Shown here piece after piece: positions 19,788-30,117 of a DNA stretch of 64,000 bases. This DNA is from a virus. The DNA lies in IMG/VR virus record IMGVR_UViG_3300045988_123611. One strand, 5' to 3'. The notes below the pieces were generated by a model. The model saw only the letters and a list, made by a program, of their open reading frames with translations. It was not told the origin of the DNA and made no database searches. Position numbers and translations under genes: made by a program. Positions within the stretch are counted from its first letter, which is position 1; each line of letters begins with the position of its first letter.

Positions 19788-20373
19788 TAAGATTCATCTC
19801 CTTATTATAAAGCTCCTCGTAAATCTGACAGGTCTCAAGGTAAACATATACGCCATACTGCTTATTATATTCCGTAGCAAAATGCTCCTCAAAGGTTTCG
19901 ATCTGAGCATCAATCTCAGTGTTAGAATAACCCTTAACCTTGATATACACAGGATCACCAACATGTTCCTTAGTGATAGAATTGTAATAATCAATGCGAT
20001 AATACTCTTCGCGCATTTCATTATCCTCTTCATCTTCAAGGCCATTGGCTCGATCCCAAAGAGTATTAAGCATCTGCCCATAAGGGAAGAATCCAAACTC
20101 AGGGAACTTCTTACCGAAGACCATTTCAATGCCTTCGGGATACTCTTCGAACTCAGACGTCTCAAAGGCACTAAGGAACTCATCGACGTTATTATATTCA
20201 ATTTCCTCATTAGAGCCAACTTGGTAGATAAACGGCTGACCGCACTCCATGTCCGTAATAATCGCGTTCAGAGCTACAACATAACGCTCATATTCCTTTT
20301 CGTCCATAATGGAGAAACCTTCAATGGTCATTTCATCAGCCCAGCTATCAGTATAACGAACACAATAAAACAT
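19774..20373 (-). CDS. hypothetical protein (199 aa)
   Basis: ORF. Confidence 0.5.
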   Translation of the reverse strand: MFYCVRYTDSWADEMTIEGFSIMDEKEYERYVVALNAIITDMECGQPFIYQVGSNEEIEYNNVDEFLSAFETSEFEEYPEGIEMVFGKKFPEFGFFPYGQMLNTLWDRANGLEDEEDNEMREEYYRIDYYNSITKEHVGDPVYIKVKGYSNTEIDAQIETFEEHFATEYNKQYGVYVYLETCQIYEELYNKEMNLNGNE

Positions 20374-20394
20374 ATTGATTACTCCTTTACACTC

Positions 20395-20703
20395 TTAATA
20401 AACATCAATGCCTTCAACCGCATCTTCGCAATTCCAAAGAATTTCGAAAGCCTTCACAGTCTCTTCGGTATGAAATAACTCAGTAGAAGAATCCATTGCT
20501 TCAAAAGCTTCTACGACATTGCTTTCTTCGAGGTCTTCATAATGGATAGTTTTAATGATATAAGTTTCATTATGACAAATTGCAATCTTATTAACAAAAA
20601 GCCAGAAACTATACTTATGAATATCGCCTTCACAGATGACATACTTATCGTGATAGCCATCATCAAAAACGATTGCATTAATAAACTTCTCCATAATTAT
20701 CAT
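20395..20703 (-). CDS. hypothetical protein (102 aa)
   Basis: ORF. Confidence 0.45.
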   Translation of the reverse strand: MIIMEKFINAIVFDDGYHDKYVICEGDIHKYSFWLFVNKIAICHNETYIIKTIHYEDLEESNVVEAFEAMDSSTELFHTEETVKAFEILWNCEDAVEGIDVY

Positions 20704-20730
20704 TCCCTTTCTTTTACTAATATTTATTGA

Positions 20731-20913
20731 TTACTCTTTTACCGACCTAATAAAACTTTCAAGAATTGAAATGTTTAAAGTAAGTTCATCAAGCTCATCG
20801 CTATCAATGATACCCTGCCAGTCAAGCATATCAACATAAGTGTCAATTACTTCAAGAGCCTTAACTGCGTCTTCCTTAGTAAAGGGCTTTTCTACCAACT
20901 TCATAATTATCAT
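20731..20913 (-). CDS. hypothetical protein (60 aa)
   Basis: ORF with class-A promoter at 20915-20975. Confidence 0.4.
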   Translation of the reverse strand: MIIMKLVEKPFTKEDAVKALEVIDTYVDMLDWQGIIDSDELDELTLNISILESFIRSVKE

Positions 20914-21149
20914 TCCCTTTCTTAACTTTCTATAAATATTATATTATATTTTTTATAAAAAATCAATAAAACTCTTTTTTGGAGGTATCATACAATCAAG
21001 GATTCAGCGTATATAATATAGCCTATTCAAGTTTGTTAGCAGAACTATCATACCCACTTATAATCTAACCTTATTGAATAGCACCCCTGAGCGGTATGGA
21101 CTGAAACTTTATCCTATTGGGGAAGAGAATGCCCTTCCAGAGTTTTATA

Positions 21150-21467
21150 TTAAGTATTGTGGATATCTACACAACAATACTCATCAATAAAGAGACTTCT
21201 ACCGAGGTTCGCAAATTCGCAGTCAAGCTCACTAACGGAAAGCCCAGTGTTATCGCGGACGGGCCAAACTTCCCATTCAATGCCTTCCTCTACCTCTTCT
21301 AAGTCGTAATCCTCAAAGGCATGACTATAACCGTCGATTACGTCATAAGCCATTCCTTTGCCAATATCATCAGCTTCTGCGACACTATCAACCTCAAAGA
21401 CACCACCAGTATTAATACCGTGGAGTCCGCAATAGACGCTTTCATAAGCATAAATCATTACAACCAT
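21150..21467 (-). CDS. hypothetical acidic protein (105 aa)
   Basis: ORF. Confidence 0.45.
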   Translation of the reverse strand: MVVMIYAYESVYCGLHGINTGGVFEVDSVAEADDIGKGMAYDVIDGYSHAFEDYDLEEVEEGIEWEVWPVRDNTGLSVSELDCEFANLGRSLFIDEYCCVDIHNT

Positions 21468-21724
21468 TAGATAGTCTCCTTATCAACTTCCATAATCTTT
21501 ATATAGTAGTCGCCGTAGCCGTGAACGAAAAACCCATCAAACGAAGGCTTTTTACAATATGAGATAGACTTATTTTTTTCCCAACGTTCTTGCGCTTCCT
21601 TTTCTTTCTTTCGTCCTGCTTCAAAAGCCTTTTCCTCAGTAGAATAAAGGGCAAGCACCGCGGTATCATCACCGCCAAAACTATCATAATGATAACAAAG
21701 AGCATAAACAGTCATTAATGACAC
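21467..21724 (-). CDS. hypothetical protein (85 aa)
   Basis: ORF. Confidence 0.45.
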   Translation of the reverse strand: MSLMTVYALCYHYDSFGGDDTAVLALYSTEEKAFEAGRKKEKEAQERWEKNKSISYCKKPSFDGFFVHGYGDYYIKIMEVDKETI

Positions 21725-21999
21725 ACCTCCGTATAATAAGTTCCAAGAGAGCCATCTGCGTTAATCCAAGAGACAATCAGCACGTAAACCATTTCGATGC
21801 CGATTGTATCAAAAACGCAGGGGATTTCAATGTTATACTCACGGATTCGGCCCTCGCCCTTAGCCTTAGAGAAAAGAATCTCGACCGCATTGGCGATATG
21901 AACGCCATCCTTAGAAACGAGCATTGCATATTCATCATCTTCTGGATCAGTGTATTTTCTACCAATCAGATCCCAAAGCTCTACATACATAATTTTCAT
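21715..21999 (-). CDS. hypothetical protein (94 aa)
   Basis: ORF with class-A promoter at 22000-22060. Confidence 0.45.
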   Translation of the reverse strand: MKIMYVELWDLIGRKYTDPEDDEYAMLVSKDGVHIANAVEILFSKAKGEGRIREYNIEIPCVFDTIGIEMVYVLIVSWINADGSLGTYYTEVCH

Positions 22000-22087
22000 T
22001 TCCTTCCTTTACTTTATATATATATTATATTATATTTTTTTAATAAAATAAAATAAGGACTTATGAATTAACATAAGTCCTTATTGT

Positions 22088-22690
22088 TTAATAAGCATTA
22101 TCTGCTTCGCCGAGATAATACATAACTTCACCAACATCAGTAATTTTACCTTCAACAGTGATATAAATTCCAATAGTAGTATTTTTAATAAACTCATATA
22201 CATCAGAAGTTTTCTTCATCTTCCACTGAATTGTATTGGTAATAACAAAACTATCATCATCTTCGGCAATAGTAAAATATTTACCATCACTATCTACATT
22301 CCGCACATAACCTGAGACGCGGATATACTGACCCTCGTAATCTTCTGCCTGCATAGGGTAATTATCCACAAGAGCGATCATATCGCTAATATTTTCATTA
22401 GAATATTTATCTTCTTCGCTTTTGGTCGCGGTTTCCTGCTCTTCGATCTCTTCGACGGGATCAACCGCACTCTGAGACGAGACTCCCGCGCTTTCTACAA
22501 CCGGAGTGCGGTATACCATAGGTTCGGGATCGGGATTCCTAATGACATAATCAATCCCCGTAAAGATGATAAGCACAAGGAGAATGTGGAACTACGTCTT
22601 ATCATAGAAAGGAACTTTTACATTGCCTCCACAAAACGGACAAATCTTTGACTTATCAGAAATGGGCTGACCGCAATGTTTACAAATAAT
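22088..22690 (-). CDS. zinc-ribbon + single-TM protein with one in-frame TAG (~200 aa)
   Basis: N-terminus MIICKHCGQPISDKSKICPFCGG, then (tag), then TM FHILLVLIIFTGI. GGAGAATAAAA-ATG start. Confidence 0.45.
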
Positions 22691-22704
22691 CATTTTTATT
22701 CTCC

Positions 22705-23109
22705 TTACTTTAACTCAATAGGTTCAAGTCGATCAACATATTCTCCGGCGTAGATCTTCAACCAAGGGTTCGCGCGATTAGATTTTGCGCCCGCAAGGTC
22801 TTCATTATATTCCTGAATTTCTTTATAAAGTTCAGTTGCGCCAAGGTTGTTATCATTATCGGTATAATCCTGTTCGAGTCGCCATTCAAGAGCTTCTCGA
22901 CGAGTTGTATATTTCTCATAAAGAGCATCACTGTATACATTTTCATTGATAATCACAATAGTAGAAAATACCATTACGATTCCAAAGATAACGGTGCCAG
23001 CGATGCCGACAATCGAAGTAAGACAACCAAGAGCAGAATATTTATCAAAACCCCAAATTGCGAGAGCAATAAAGCCCGCAAACGCAAGAATAAAAACTAC
23101 ATAAAGCAT
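22705..23109 (-). CDS. membrane protein (134 aa, two N-terminal TM)
   Basis: ORF. Confidence 0.5.
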   Translation of the reverse strand: MLYVVFILAFAGFIALAIWGFDKYSALGCLTSIVGIAGTVIFGIVMVFSTIVIINENVYSDALYEKYTTRREALEWRLEQDYTDNDNNLGATELYKEIQEYNEDLAGAKSNRANPWLKIYAGEYVDRLEPIELK

Positions 23110-23122
23110 AACTATTTTCTCC

Positions 23123-23329
23123 TTAATGAATAAAATATTGAATTACTCCATACAATCCTAAAATAATTGGGAGTGCTGAGATTACAAGTAGAAGAATTCC
23201 GGTAATGATACAAGTATCAATCAGAAACATATCTTTGGAAGAGTCGGCGCCGTCGATAAGGTTAAAGATATACAAAGCAATCCTTATTACAACTAATCCA
23301 AGAATAATTTCTATAATAAATCCTACCAT
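23123..23329 (-). CDS. small membrane protein (68 aa)
   Basis: ORF. Confidence 0.4.
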   Translation of the reverse strand: MVGFIIEIILGLVVIRIALYIFNLIDGADSSKDMFLIDTCIITGILLLVISALPIILGLYGVIQYFIH

Positions 23330-23408
23330 ACACCCTCCTTAATCTAATTCATCGAACAAAACGGATAAAATGCCAAGAGCGCAAAAACAAAGAATTATTG
23401 TTTTAAGC

Positions 23409-23575
23409 ATAAAAGACTGACTGAATGAAACCGGCAAACAGGCAGAGCAACATGCCCATACCGCAGTAATAATACTTCTCATTAAGAGACATAGTATTAT
23501 CATCCAGCAAATCCATATACATAAAGCCGAAAAATACTAATATAATAAATAGCATAATAATCATTTCTCCCATAC
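23409..23575 (-). CDS. small membrane protein (~55 aa)
   Basis: Manual translation MGEMIIMLFIILVFFGFMYMD. Confidence 0.3.
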
Positions 23576-24295
23576 CTTTTTGCCTCCTCGCTTCTGCTTT
23601 CTCTTGGTCGCGGTGTCAATTGTTTTTCTATGGACGCTCCCAATCTTCGCGGTCGGACCATTTTTCATGAACTGATTCAAGTTCAAAGGGGTGGGGCCAA
23701 ACACATCTACACAAACATTCTTATGATAGATATCCGTCTCTTTATGATTGTGGTCGTGGCCGTGAAGATTGAGAGCCCAGTCCTGCTTAATCGGTTCGTG
23801 AGAAAGCATAAGTTTCTCACCAATAAGGAGCGCGCCATCATATACTTCGTCAAAAAGACCGTTGTCCGCGGAAACCTCCCAATATTCATAGGGAGCATGA
23901 AAATCATATCCTGAATCAATGGAATATTTACAGTCAGGATAAAGGCGCTTCATTTCCATAAGCGCCTCGTCCTTTTGGTATTGATCCATAGAGAACTTCT
24001 TCTTAACGATTTTGCGTTTATAGTTTTCAGATCCCGCATCGTGGTTGCCCTTGATAAGAACCTTATAGCCGGCGCGCAGTTTCCGCACATAGGAGATTTC
24101 GTTTACATCACCCAAACAAAGAAGCACATCTTTCCGACCGGCTTTGCTGTTTAAAAGTTTTACAAGGTCATCATCAGAAATGCGGTCGGGGTGGCCAATC
24201 CGCAAATCTGAATCACCAAAATGCCAATCAGAAGATACCCAGACCGTCTGACCGCCCCAGCGCGTATTAAAAATTTCATAAAGTCCAGGAATCAT
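23561..24295 (-). CDS. calcineurin-like metallophosphoesterase
   Basis: Motifs SDWHFG, LGDV, GNHD and GHDH in canonical order. Confidence 0.7.
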   Translation of the reverse strand: MIPGLYEIFNTRWGGQTVWVSSDWHFGDSDLRIGHPDRISDDDLVKLLNSKAGRKDVLLCLGDVNEISYVRKLRAGYKVLIKGNHDAGSENYKRKIVKKKFSMDQYQKDEALMEMKRLYPDCKYSIDSGYDFHAPYEYWEVSADNGLFDEVYDGALLIGEKLMLSHEPIKQDWALNLHGHDHNHKETDIYHKNVCVDVFGPTPLNLNQFMKNGPTAKIGSVHRKTIDTATKRKQKRGGKKVWEK

Positions 24296-24306
24296 TTATA
24301 TCCTCC

Positions 24307-24588
24307 TTAAAATACGTAAGCATTAAATTTATACATATAGAACTCGCCATCCATAAGAAGAAGTTTATCAACTTCTTTCTGATAATCCACTTCTGTTCTC
24401 CACCAATCGGGCTTAGGAAGAGGGATATCGAAGTATTCGATCTGTTGCGTTTCCATAATATCTTCTTCGATCGCGCCTTCAAGAAAAGCGAGATATAACT
24501 CTTCTGCTTCTGCCTCAGAAATATTGGCGAAGGTCCAAGACTTACCAGTCATTTCATCTTCGATTTTATAACAAGTAATTTCTTTCAT
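24307..24588 (-). CDS. hypothetical protein (93 aa)
   Basis: ORF. Confidence 0.45.
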   Translation of the reverse strand: MKEITCYKIEDEMTGKSWTFANISEAEAEELYLAFLEGAIEEDIMETQQIEYFDIPLPKPDWWRTEVDYQKEVDKLLLMDGEFYMYKFNAYVF

Positions 24589-24599
24589 AGTTATTCTCC

Positions 24600-24920
24600 T
24601 TACATTTCAACCGCGTCAACGAAATCAATGAAAACATCATCGGCGACGTTATTCATCATATCGAGATAAGAAGAGAATCTCTTCGTCCAATCGCCGGTCA
24701 TCTCGCCATGGTAATGCCACCAGTCGTAATCAGAATCCGCCTGAATCGCTTGAAACTGACGCTCCATAAGGCTATCATTGACCATATCACGGCAGTATTC
24801 CATAAACATTTCCTGCATATCGGCTTCGGACGCATTCAGGAAATAGAAATTATGGTCTCCGGCCGTATCACAAAGAATACCAATGGAATGAGTTTTAATC
24901 TTAGAATTAGAAGTAGTCAT
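24600..24920 (-). CDS. hypothetical protein (106 aa)
   Basis: ORF with class-A promoter at 24935-25000. Confidence 0.45.
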   Translation of the reverse strand: MTTSNSKIKTHSIGILCDTAGDHNFYFLNASEADMQEMFMEYCRDMVNDSLMERQFQAIQADSDYDWWHYHGEMTGDWTKRFSSYLDMMNNVADDVFIDFVDAVEM

Positions 24921-25017
24921 AATTTTTATTTCCTTTCTTTACTTTATATATATATTATATATTATTTTTTATAAAAAATCAAAAAAGGATTTGCGGTTTG
25001 CGCAAATCCTTTAAAGA

Positions 25018-25233
25018 TCAAAGAACAGGAGCATAATTATAATAAATAATCATATCTTCCAATGCGTCTTTGTAAAGTTTTGTATCAAATTTATGACAGT
25101 GGAATCGTTTCTCAACATTCTCTTCAATCGCGGACATAGCGATTTCCAGCGCATCAGATCCACTTACGTTTGTAGCGCAATAAATCTCATCACAAGGCGC
25201 GTCATAAACGAATAAGACAGGCATATGCTTCAT
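25018..25233 (-). CDS. hypothetical protein (71 aa)
   Basis: ORF. Confidence 0.4.
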   Translation of the reverse strand: MKHMPVLFVYDAPCDEIYCATNVSGSDALEIAMSAIEENVEKRFHCHKFDTKLYKDALEDMIIYYNYAPVL

Positions 25234-25291
25234 ATATTATTCCTCCATTAATTGATTTTACCCAAAATTTTTGTTATAATATATTTAGAAA

Positions 25292-25537
25292 TTAAAAGAT
25301 TTCAACTGCGTTTTCAAAAAGATTGAGGAATTCATCAGCTACTTCGGAAATTGCGAGAATGCTTGTGGAAGAACCGCCATACCAATCAATATGAATGCGC
25401 GTGAGGGGACTACCGCCCGCTTCCGCAATCTCGTCTGCATACTGTTTAGAATCGACCGCAGAAAAGCTAACGCTATTGATATTATTAGTATTGATAAGAT
25501 ACTTAATACCGCGGAAGTTGTGTAAAATTACAGTCAT
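25292..25537 (-). CDS. hypothetical protein (81 aa)
   Basis: ORF. Confidence 0.4.
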   Translation of the reverse strand: MTVILHNFRGIKYLINTNNINSVSFSAVDSKQYADEIAEAGGSPLTRIHIDWYGGSSTSILAISEVADEFLNLFENAVEIF

Positions 25538-25549
25538 CTAAATGCCTCC

Positions 25550-25803
25550 TTAGTATAAGAAATTTCTAAGTTGTCTCATAACTGCCATACCATCAGGATC
25601 ATTGTCCTCGAACTCATATGAATAAAGAGTTTTATTACTCATACAAAAATCAAGTTTTGTTTCAAAAGTTTCAGTAGAAATACTGTCATTGTCTGAATTA
25701 TCCTTAGTAGTATGGGAAATAAGGACCGCGATAATTTCATTCGCATTAAGAAAAACGCTGTCGCCGTTAGACATTTTTAAATAAATCAAATCACCTTTGT
25801 TCA
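25550..25803 (-). CDS. hypothetical protein. ORF track gives 25550-25933, but the upstream part overlaps the next gene, so a shorter start is likely.
   Basis: ORF. Confidence 0.35.
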
Positions 25804-25805
25804 TT

Positions 25806-26405
25806 TTACTTCTCCACAATATAGTCTTTTGCCACGTCTGTTCCTTCTGGAATATAAAGATAAGCTCGCGTTGATTTAGTGCAGACAAAGAACCACTCTC
25901 TCCAATCGCCATAACGAGGGAGACGCTTTTCAATGTGCGGAACCTGATTAGAGTAAATAACTACTGTGCTATTCACGGGATAATTTTCAGTGCTTGTAAT
26001 GCCATCAGCACTGAGTGTAAGATAAGTGTAATAAACACTTTCCCCTTCGAATGCGCGGTAAGTATAGATATTGCCATCATTATCCATACTTGTTAGCTCT
26101 TGGGCTTCCGCAATCGTATAATCATACTTAGAATAGTCCTTATTAACAGAAGACATTATAACTCCACCAAACATACCCACGGCAAGATAAAGACAAACGC
26201 CGATCCAAAAGGCAGGAATAATTTGACGGGGAATGTCAACGCGGTCGCGGTGAGACCAATTGCGGAAGCGCTTGGCCTTAGGATCGGAAAGAGTGCTGTA
26301 ATAGCCATAGCTACAATAAGCAGAATGAATGGCGAAAATCAGAAAAATAATTAAGGTCGGTAGAACAAATCCGCCCACCAGCGTTTTCAAGAAGAAGATA
26401 AACAT
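25806..26405 (-). CDS. membrane protein (199 aa)
   Basis: N-terminal TM segments. Confidence 0.5.
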   Translation of the reverse strand: MFIFFLKTLVGGFVLPTLIIFLIFAIHSAYCSYGYYSTLSDPKAKRFRNWSHRDRVDIPRQIIPAFWIGVCLYLAVGMFGGVIMSSVNKDYSKYDYTIAEAQELTSMDNDGNIYTYRAFEGESVYYTYLTLSADGITSTENYPVNSTVVIYSNQVPHIEKRLPRYGDWREWFFVCTKSTRAYLYIPEGTDVAKDYIVEK

Positions 26406-26419
26406 ATTTAAAAACTCCT

Positions 26420-26869
26420 TTAAAGAATAGGTTTGAGGTTATCGCAACAATTGAAATCTCTCATACAACCATTTTCTTCGCTGAAACAAGAACAACCATT
26501 TTGGCATGTGTCTCGGACAATGTCGGGATTACGGACATTCATAACGGTTTGCATATTTCCAACGACTTCTCGCTTTTGGATCATTTTCGGCGTGTCGGGA
26601 GAAGCATTAAATGCGCAGTTCACATTTTGTTCACAATTAGCGCATGTGTTAAGTTTTGCCCAACATTTATTACAATAAGTGTTGCCTTGATCGTCGATGA
26701 TCATTTGCTTATGGAAAATTGGAGTATGACATACTTTACAAGTGTAATATTCACCGCAAAGAAAATTATCGCAGATCGCATGATTTGGATCAATTGTATT
26801 GCCTGTGATTTGACATAATCCGGTTGTTGGCCGGTAATAACCGCAGTTATTACAATAAAAAGTCATCAT
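26420..26869 (-). CDS. Cys-rich protein (149 aa, ~28 Cys)
   Basis: Repeated CxxC/CxC motifs. Confidence 0.5.
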   Translation of the reverse strand: MMTFYCNNCGYYRPTTGLCQITGNTIDPNHAICDNFLCGEYYTCKVCHTPIFHKQMIIDDQGNTYCNKCWAKLNTCANCEQNVNCAFNASPDTPKMIQKREVVGNMQTVMNVRNPDIVRDTCQNGCSCFSEENGCMRDFNCCDNLKPIL

Positions 26870-27120
26870 AGTGTTTTAGCAGAATAGGGTTCATCTTCGC
26901 TGTCAAATTTTAGAATCTTGTTAGCAAGATCGCGGTTGACGCGCAAAGGGCCATCGTCAAGAGGGGTAAATGCGACAGTAATAAGATCGTCGAAATACTC
27001 TTCTGCCCAACGACCAGCCTCAGTGAGAGTTTCCGCGAAGATAAAACCGCACGTAAATCTATCCATTTTATCAGAGTCGTCCCAATAGCGCGCTTCATAA
27101 TAAACGGGGCATTGTTTCAT
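26866..27120 (-). CDS. hypothetical protein (84 aa)
   Basis: ORF. Confidence 0.45.
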   Translation of the reverse strand: MKQCPVYYEARYWDDSDKMDRFTCGFIFAETLTEAGRWAEEYFDDLITVAFTPLDDGPLRVNRDLANKILKFDSEDEPYSAKTL

Positions 27121-27136
27121 ATTTATTTTCCTTTCT

Positions 27137-27475
27137 TTAAGAAATTGTGGAGATTAGAAAAATCTCGGGATCATCGAGGCTTTCAATGGGGATTTTAAGA
27201 AACTTTGCATAAGCTTCTTTCATCGCGTCATTAAGGCGATAATACTCCTGCGGAGCGATGAAGATATTGTCGATGCGGATGGCTTGTCCCGATTCAGCAT
27301 CACCGAGAACATAACCAAAGACCGGATTTTCATCGTTATTATAGTAGCTTGCGCGATGCCAATAACCTTCCTCGGTAAGCTGTTCGATAGCTTCAGTCAT
27401 ATTATCATAGTTCTCAAGAAGGTTCTTGGGGACTTTATAACCACATACGAGCTTAGAACCAAAATCAACAGACAT
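27137..27475 (-). CDS. hypothetical protein (112 aa)
   Basis: ORF. Confidence 0.45.
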   Translation of the reverse strand: MSVDFGSKLVCGYKVPKNLLENYDNMTEAIEQLTEEGYWHRASYYNNDENPVFGYVLGDAESGQAIRIDNIFIAPQEYYRLNDAMKEAYAKFLKIPIESLDDPEIFLISTIS

Positions 27476-27476
27476 A

Positions 27477-27674
27477 TTACTTATCCTCCTTAAAAATAGA
27501 ATTGATAAAAGTGCTATATTCAGTGGGTCTTACATAATACGCGGTTTTCGCTTCATTATCCCAAAAAATCATCACAAGTTTATCCGACCCAGAATTCTTT
27601 ACGGAAATTGAATGAATATGAGTCGTATTAAGGATATGAGTTTGACCTTGATTATCAATAAGTTTAGCAAGCAT
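27477..27674 (-). CDS. hypothetical protein (65 aa)
   Basis: ORF with class-A promoter at 27685-27750. Confidence 0.4.
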   Translation of the reverse strand: MLAKLIDNQGQTHILNTTHIHSISVKNSGSDKLVMIFWDNEAKTAYYVRPTEYSTFINSIFKEDK

Positions 27675-27884
27675 TTTTTATCACCTTTAATAGTTTTTCT
27701 TTATTTTATATTTATATTATATATTAAAATTTAATAAAAATCAATAAAGAATAAGCGATTGGACAAAAATGTTAAATGTAATTAAATGTTAAAAAATTGT
27801 GTTAAAATTTTAGACATCTATGTGTAGGTATTAGAGATCGCTATGCTTAGGATAGAAGGAACATTAGACGGGAAAACCGCGTCT

Positions 27885-28035
27885 TTTTACCAAAAATGGT
27901 CATTTCAAATGAAAATGGTCAAAATTTTCTATATGTTGGTCAAAAATTTCTATAAAAATGGTCAAAAATTTCTATATTTTTGGTTAAAAAATGGTAGATA
28001 AATGGTCAAAAATTTCTATATTTTTGGTTGTATTT
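27885..28035. repeat. Iteron array: at least 5 direct repeats of (A)TGGTCAAAAATTTCTATA spaced ~21-25 bp
   Basis: Sequence reads tggtcatttcaaatgaaaatggtcaaaattttctatatgttggtcaaaaatttctataaaaatggtcaaaaatttctatatttttggttaaaaaatggtagataaatggtcaaaaatttctata. Confidence 0.7.
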
Positions 28036-28099
28036 TTTAGGTCAGGAACAAATAATAGATTATAAATAATTTTTAAATAATAGTGAGAGGAGGTGTGTT

Positions 28100-28723
28100 A
28101 TGGAGATAAAGAAAAATTCTCGATAGATTCCCTCTGTTCCGACTATTACACGAGAAAAAGATTATTGTGATTTATTATATGCTTGGTTGTAGTGTCATTC
28201 AGAGAGAATTACTATGGATAGTGAAGGTCGTCGAATTAATAAGTCATTAGTTAAATGGACGGCCATAGAAAAAGACTTTGTTAGAACATTGTCAGATGGC
28301 ACAACTGAAAAAGTTATGTCAAGAAAAACTATTGCGAAATATTTCAAATATTTAGAAGATAAAGGTTTAATTCAATTACAAGATGATGGTTATTATTATT
28401 TGACTATATTAGATGCTACAGAAGCTAATTTAATTGAATATAATACTTTATCTAAATTAATAAATGTTTTATAGAAAAATAGTTTGAGTATTTATGTTTA
28501 TTTGTTTAATAGATATTACGCCAATGGTTTTTAGCCATTTATTGCTACTATTAAATAGATAAAAGAATTTATTGGTATTGCCACTACCACAACATCTAAT
28601 AATATTATTGTAGATGATACAATTGATATTTTAAAAAGATTAGGATTATTAGATTATAGAATTAAAACTGAAGATAATAAAAGTTATTTAGAGTTTTAGT
28701 GGGTAAAGAACGCGTTAGAATAA
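28100..28723 (+). CDS. winged-HTH replication-initiator-like protein, iteron-flanked, six in-frame TAG
   Basis: GAGAGGAGG RBS + ATG. Central segment LVKWTAIEKDFVRTLSDGTTEKVMSRKTIAKYFKYLEDKGLIQL is wHTH-like. Iteron arrays lie on both sides. Confidence 0.5.
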
Positions 28724-28724
28724 A

Positions 28725-28800
28725 AATGGTCAAAATTTTCTGACGGAGTGGTCAAAATTTTCTGATAAATGGTCAAAATTTTCTACATTTTGGTCGTTTT
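28725..28800. repeat. Second iteron array: 3-4 copies of TGGTCAAAATTTTCT(G/A)
   Basis: Sequence reads aaaaatggtcaaaattttctgacggagtggtcaaaattttctgataaatggtcaaaattttctacattttggtcg. Confidence 0.7.
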
Positions 28801-28930
28801 TTAGAAACCATATAAATAGTAATAGTAATAGTTTTTAAAATAGAGGGTATATATTTATAAAACTCCGGGCTACGCCCTTCGTTTTATAAATATATACCGG
28901 GGTATTTTTTGAGAGTAAAAGGAGTAAAAT

Positions 28931-29182
28931 ATGAGTTATAGTTATACAGATATAAGAGGCGGGAAAGGCAATCCTTCAATAATAAGATTTGTAAGAGGAA
29001 CGCAAGAATAGTTTGATAAGATGGATAAAACAAATATGATAAAACCTGAATTATATATGAGAGATGATATTCTTTATTTTGTTATTCCAAGTAATACAAA
29101 ACCAGTAAAAGTAGCATTTGACAACGATAGACCTGAATCAATAGAAGAAAATCCATTCTTACAAGAGTCAATTGACTTTTGA
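28931..29182 (+). CDS. hypothetical protein (~83 aa, one in-frame TAG)
   Basis: AAAGGAGTAAAAT-ATG. Confidence 0.4.
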
Positions 29183-29412
29183 CTCGGATACTACGTATCC
29201 TCGTTGATAAGGGTATTATTGACTTCGGGCATAAATGCCCTCGTTTATAGGGGTATTATTTGATTTATAATAAATAATATATTATAATATATATAATAAA
29301 AGAAAAAATGAAATGAAAATAATACCCCGTAGGCAGGGAGGATCGTAGATCCGAGTCGCCTGCCGGCGTGGCGAACGCAATTTCAAATGAAAAAACGAAA
29401 AGGAAAAATGAA

Positions 29413-29784
29413 ATGAAATTTACGATTGAAGAATTAAAGAAGAATAATGGAGAAAAGGTAGGCGTCTTCCGCAATTGGAATGTAATTGCTACTACTAAGA
29501 AAGAGTTCTTTAATAGAGAGAATACGCAAGGCGCATATCTTATTTGGGACGATTGTAATAAGTTGGTTTTTAATGGTAAGGTTCTTGGTCGAATTAGTGA
29601 GCAAGGTAAGGTGGAATATATTGAGAGTGAGTATAGATATGTGAAGCCTGTATTAGAAGAGAAACCGCAGGCTATTAATTCTGTTGCTCCTGGATCTGAG
29701 GATGTGGATCTCAGTAAGAGAACGCTTGCTGATGATATTCTTGATAGTGCATTTAAAACAAAGTTGGAGGAGTTGCTTGTATGA
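29413..29784 (+). CDS. hypothetical protein (~123 aa)
   Basis: Part of the 29368-29784 ORF. Start at MKFTIEELKK. Confidence 0.45.
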   Translation: MKFTIEELKKNNGEKVGVFRNWNVIATTKKEFFNRENTQGAYLIWDDCNKLVFNGKVLGRISEQGKVEYIESEYRYVKPVLEEKPQAINSVAPGSEDVDLSKRTLADDILDSAFKTKLEELLV

Positions 29785-29855
29785 GTGGTATTATTTGGTT
29801 TTTAATTGGTGTAGCTGTTGGATATTGCATATGGAACGCTGGAAGAGACCGATAA
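29781..29855 (+). CDS. 24-aa hydrophobic peptide MSGIIWFLIGVAVGYCIWNAGRDR
   Basis: ATGA overlap with upstream gene. Confidence 0.25.
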   Translation: MSGIIWFLIGVAVGYCIWNAGRDR

Positions 29856-29989
29856 TAGACCTATATTGGTTGATTCGCTTCTGGATAGTGATTAAGTTTT
29901 TAGGTTCAGAATCGGATGACGTAGAGTAAAGTGCGGTTGAGTGGAATAATTGATCGGAAATATAGAAATTATTATGAATTGCTGAAATT

Positions 29990-30040
29990 TGCGAAAATGC
30001 TGGAATGCTGAAATGCTGAAATGCTGAAATGCTGAAATGC
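29990..30040. repeat. Microsatellite (GCTGAAAT)x6
   Basis: Sequence reads tgctggaatgctgaaatgctgaaatgctgaaatgctgaaatgctgaaaattgc. Confidence 0.7.
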
Positions 30041-30117
30041 TGAAAATTGCGGTTGTGTGGTGCCGATCGGTTTAATCAATCACCAACCACATTTTCCCCG
30101 TCTCCGATCTCCGAACC

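Noticed and set aside
27885-28800. Possible CRISPR array (regular short direct repeats)
   Set aside because: The repeats are only ~18 bp. They are separated by 3-8 bp of A/T-rich filler rather than unique 30-40 bp spacers. They flank a wHTH gene. The iteron or origin interpretation fits better.
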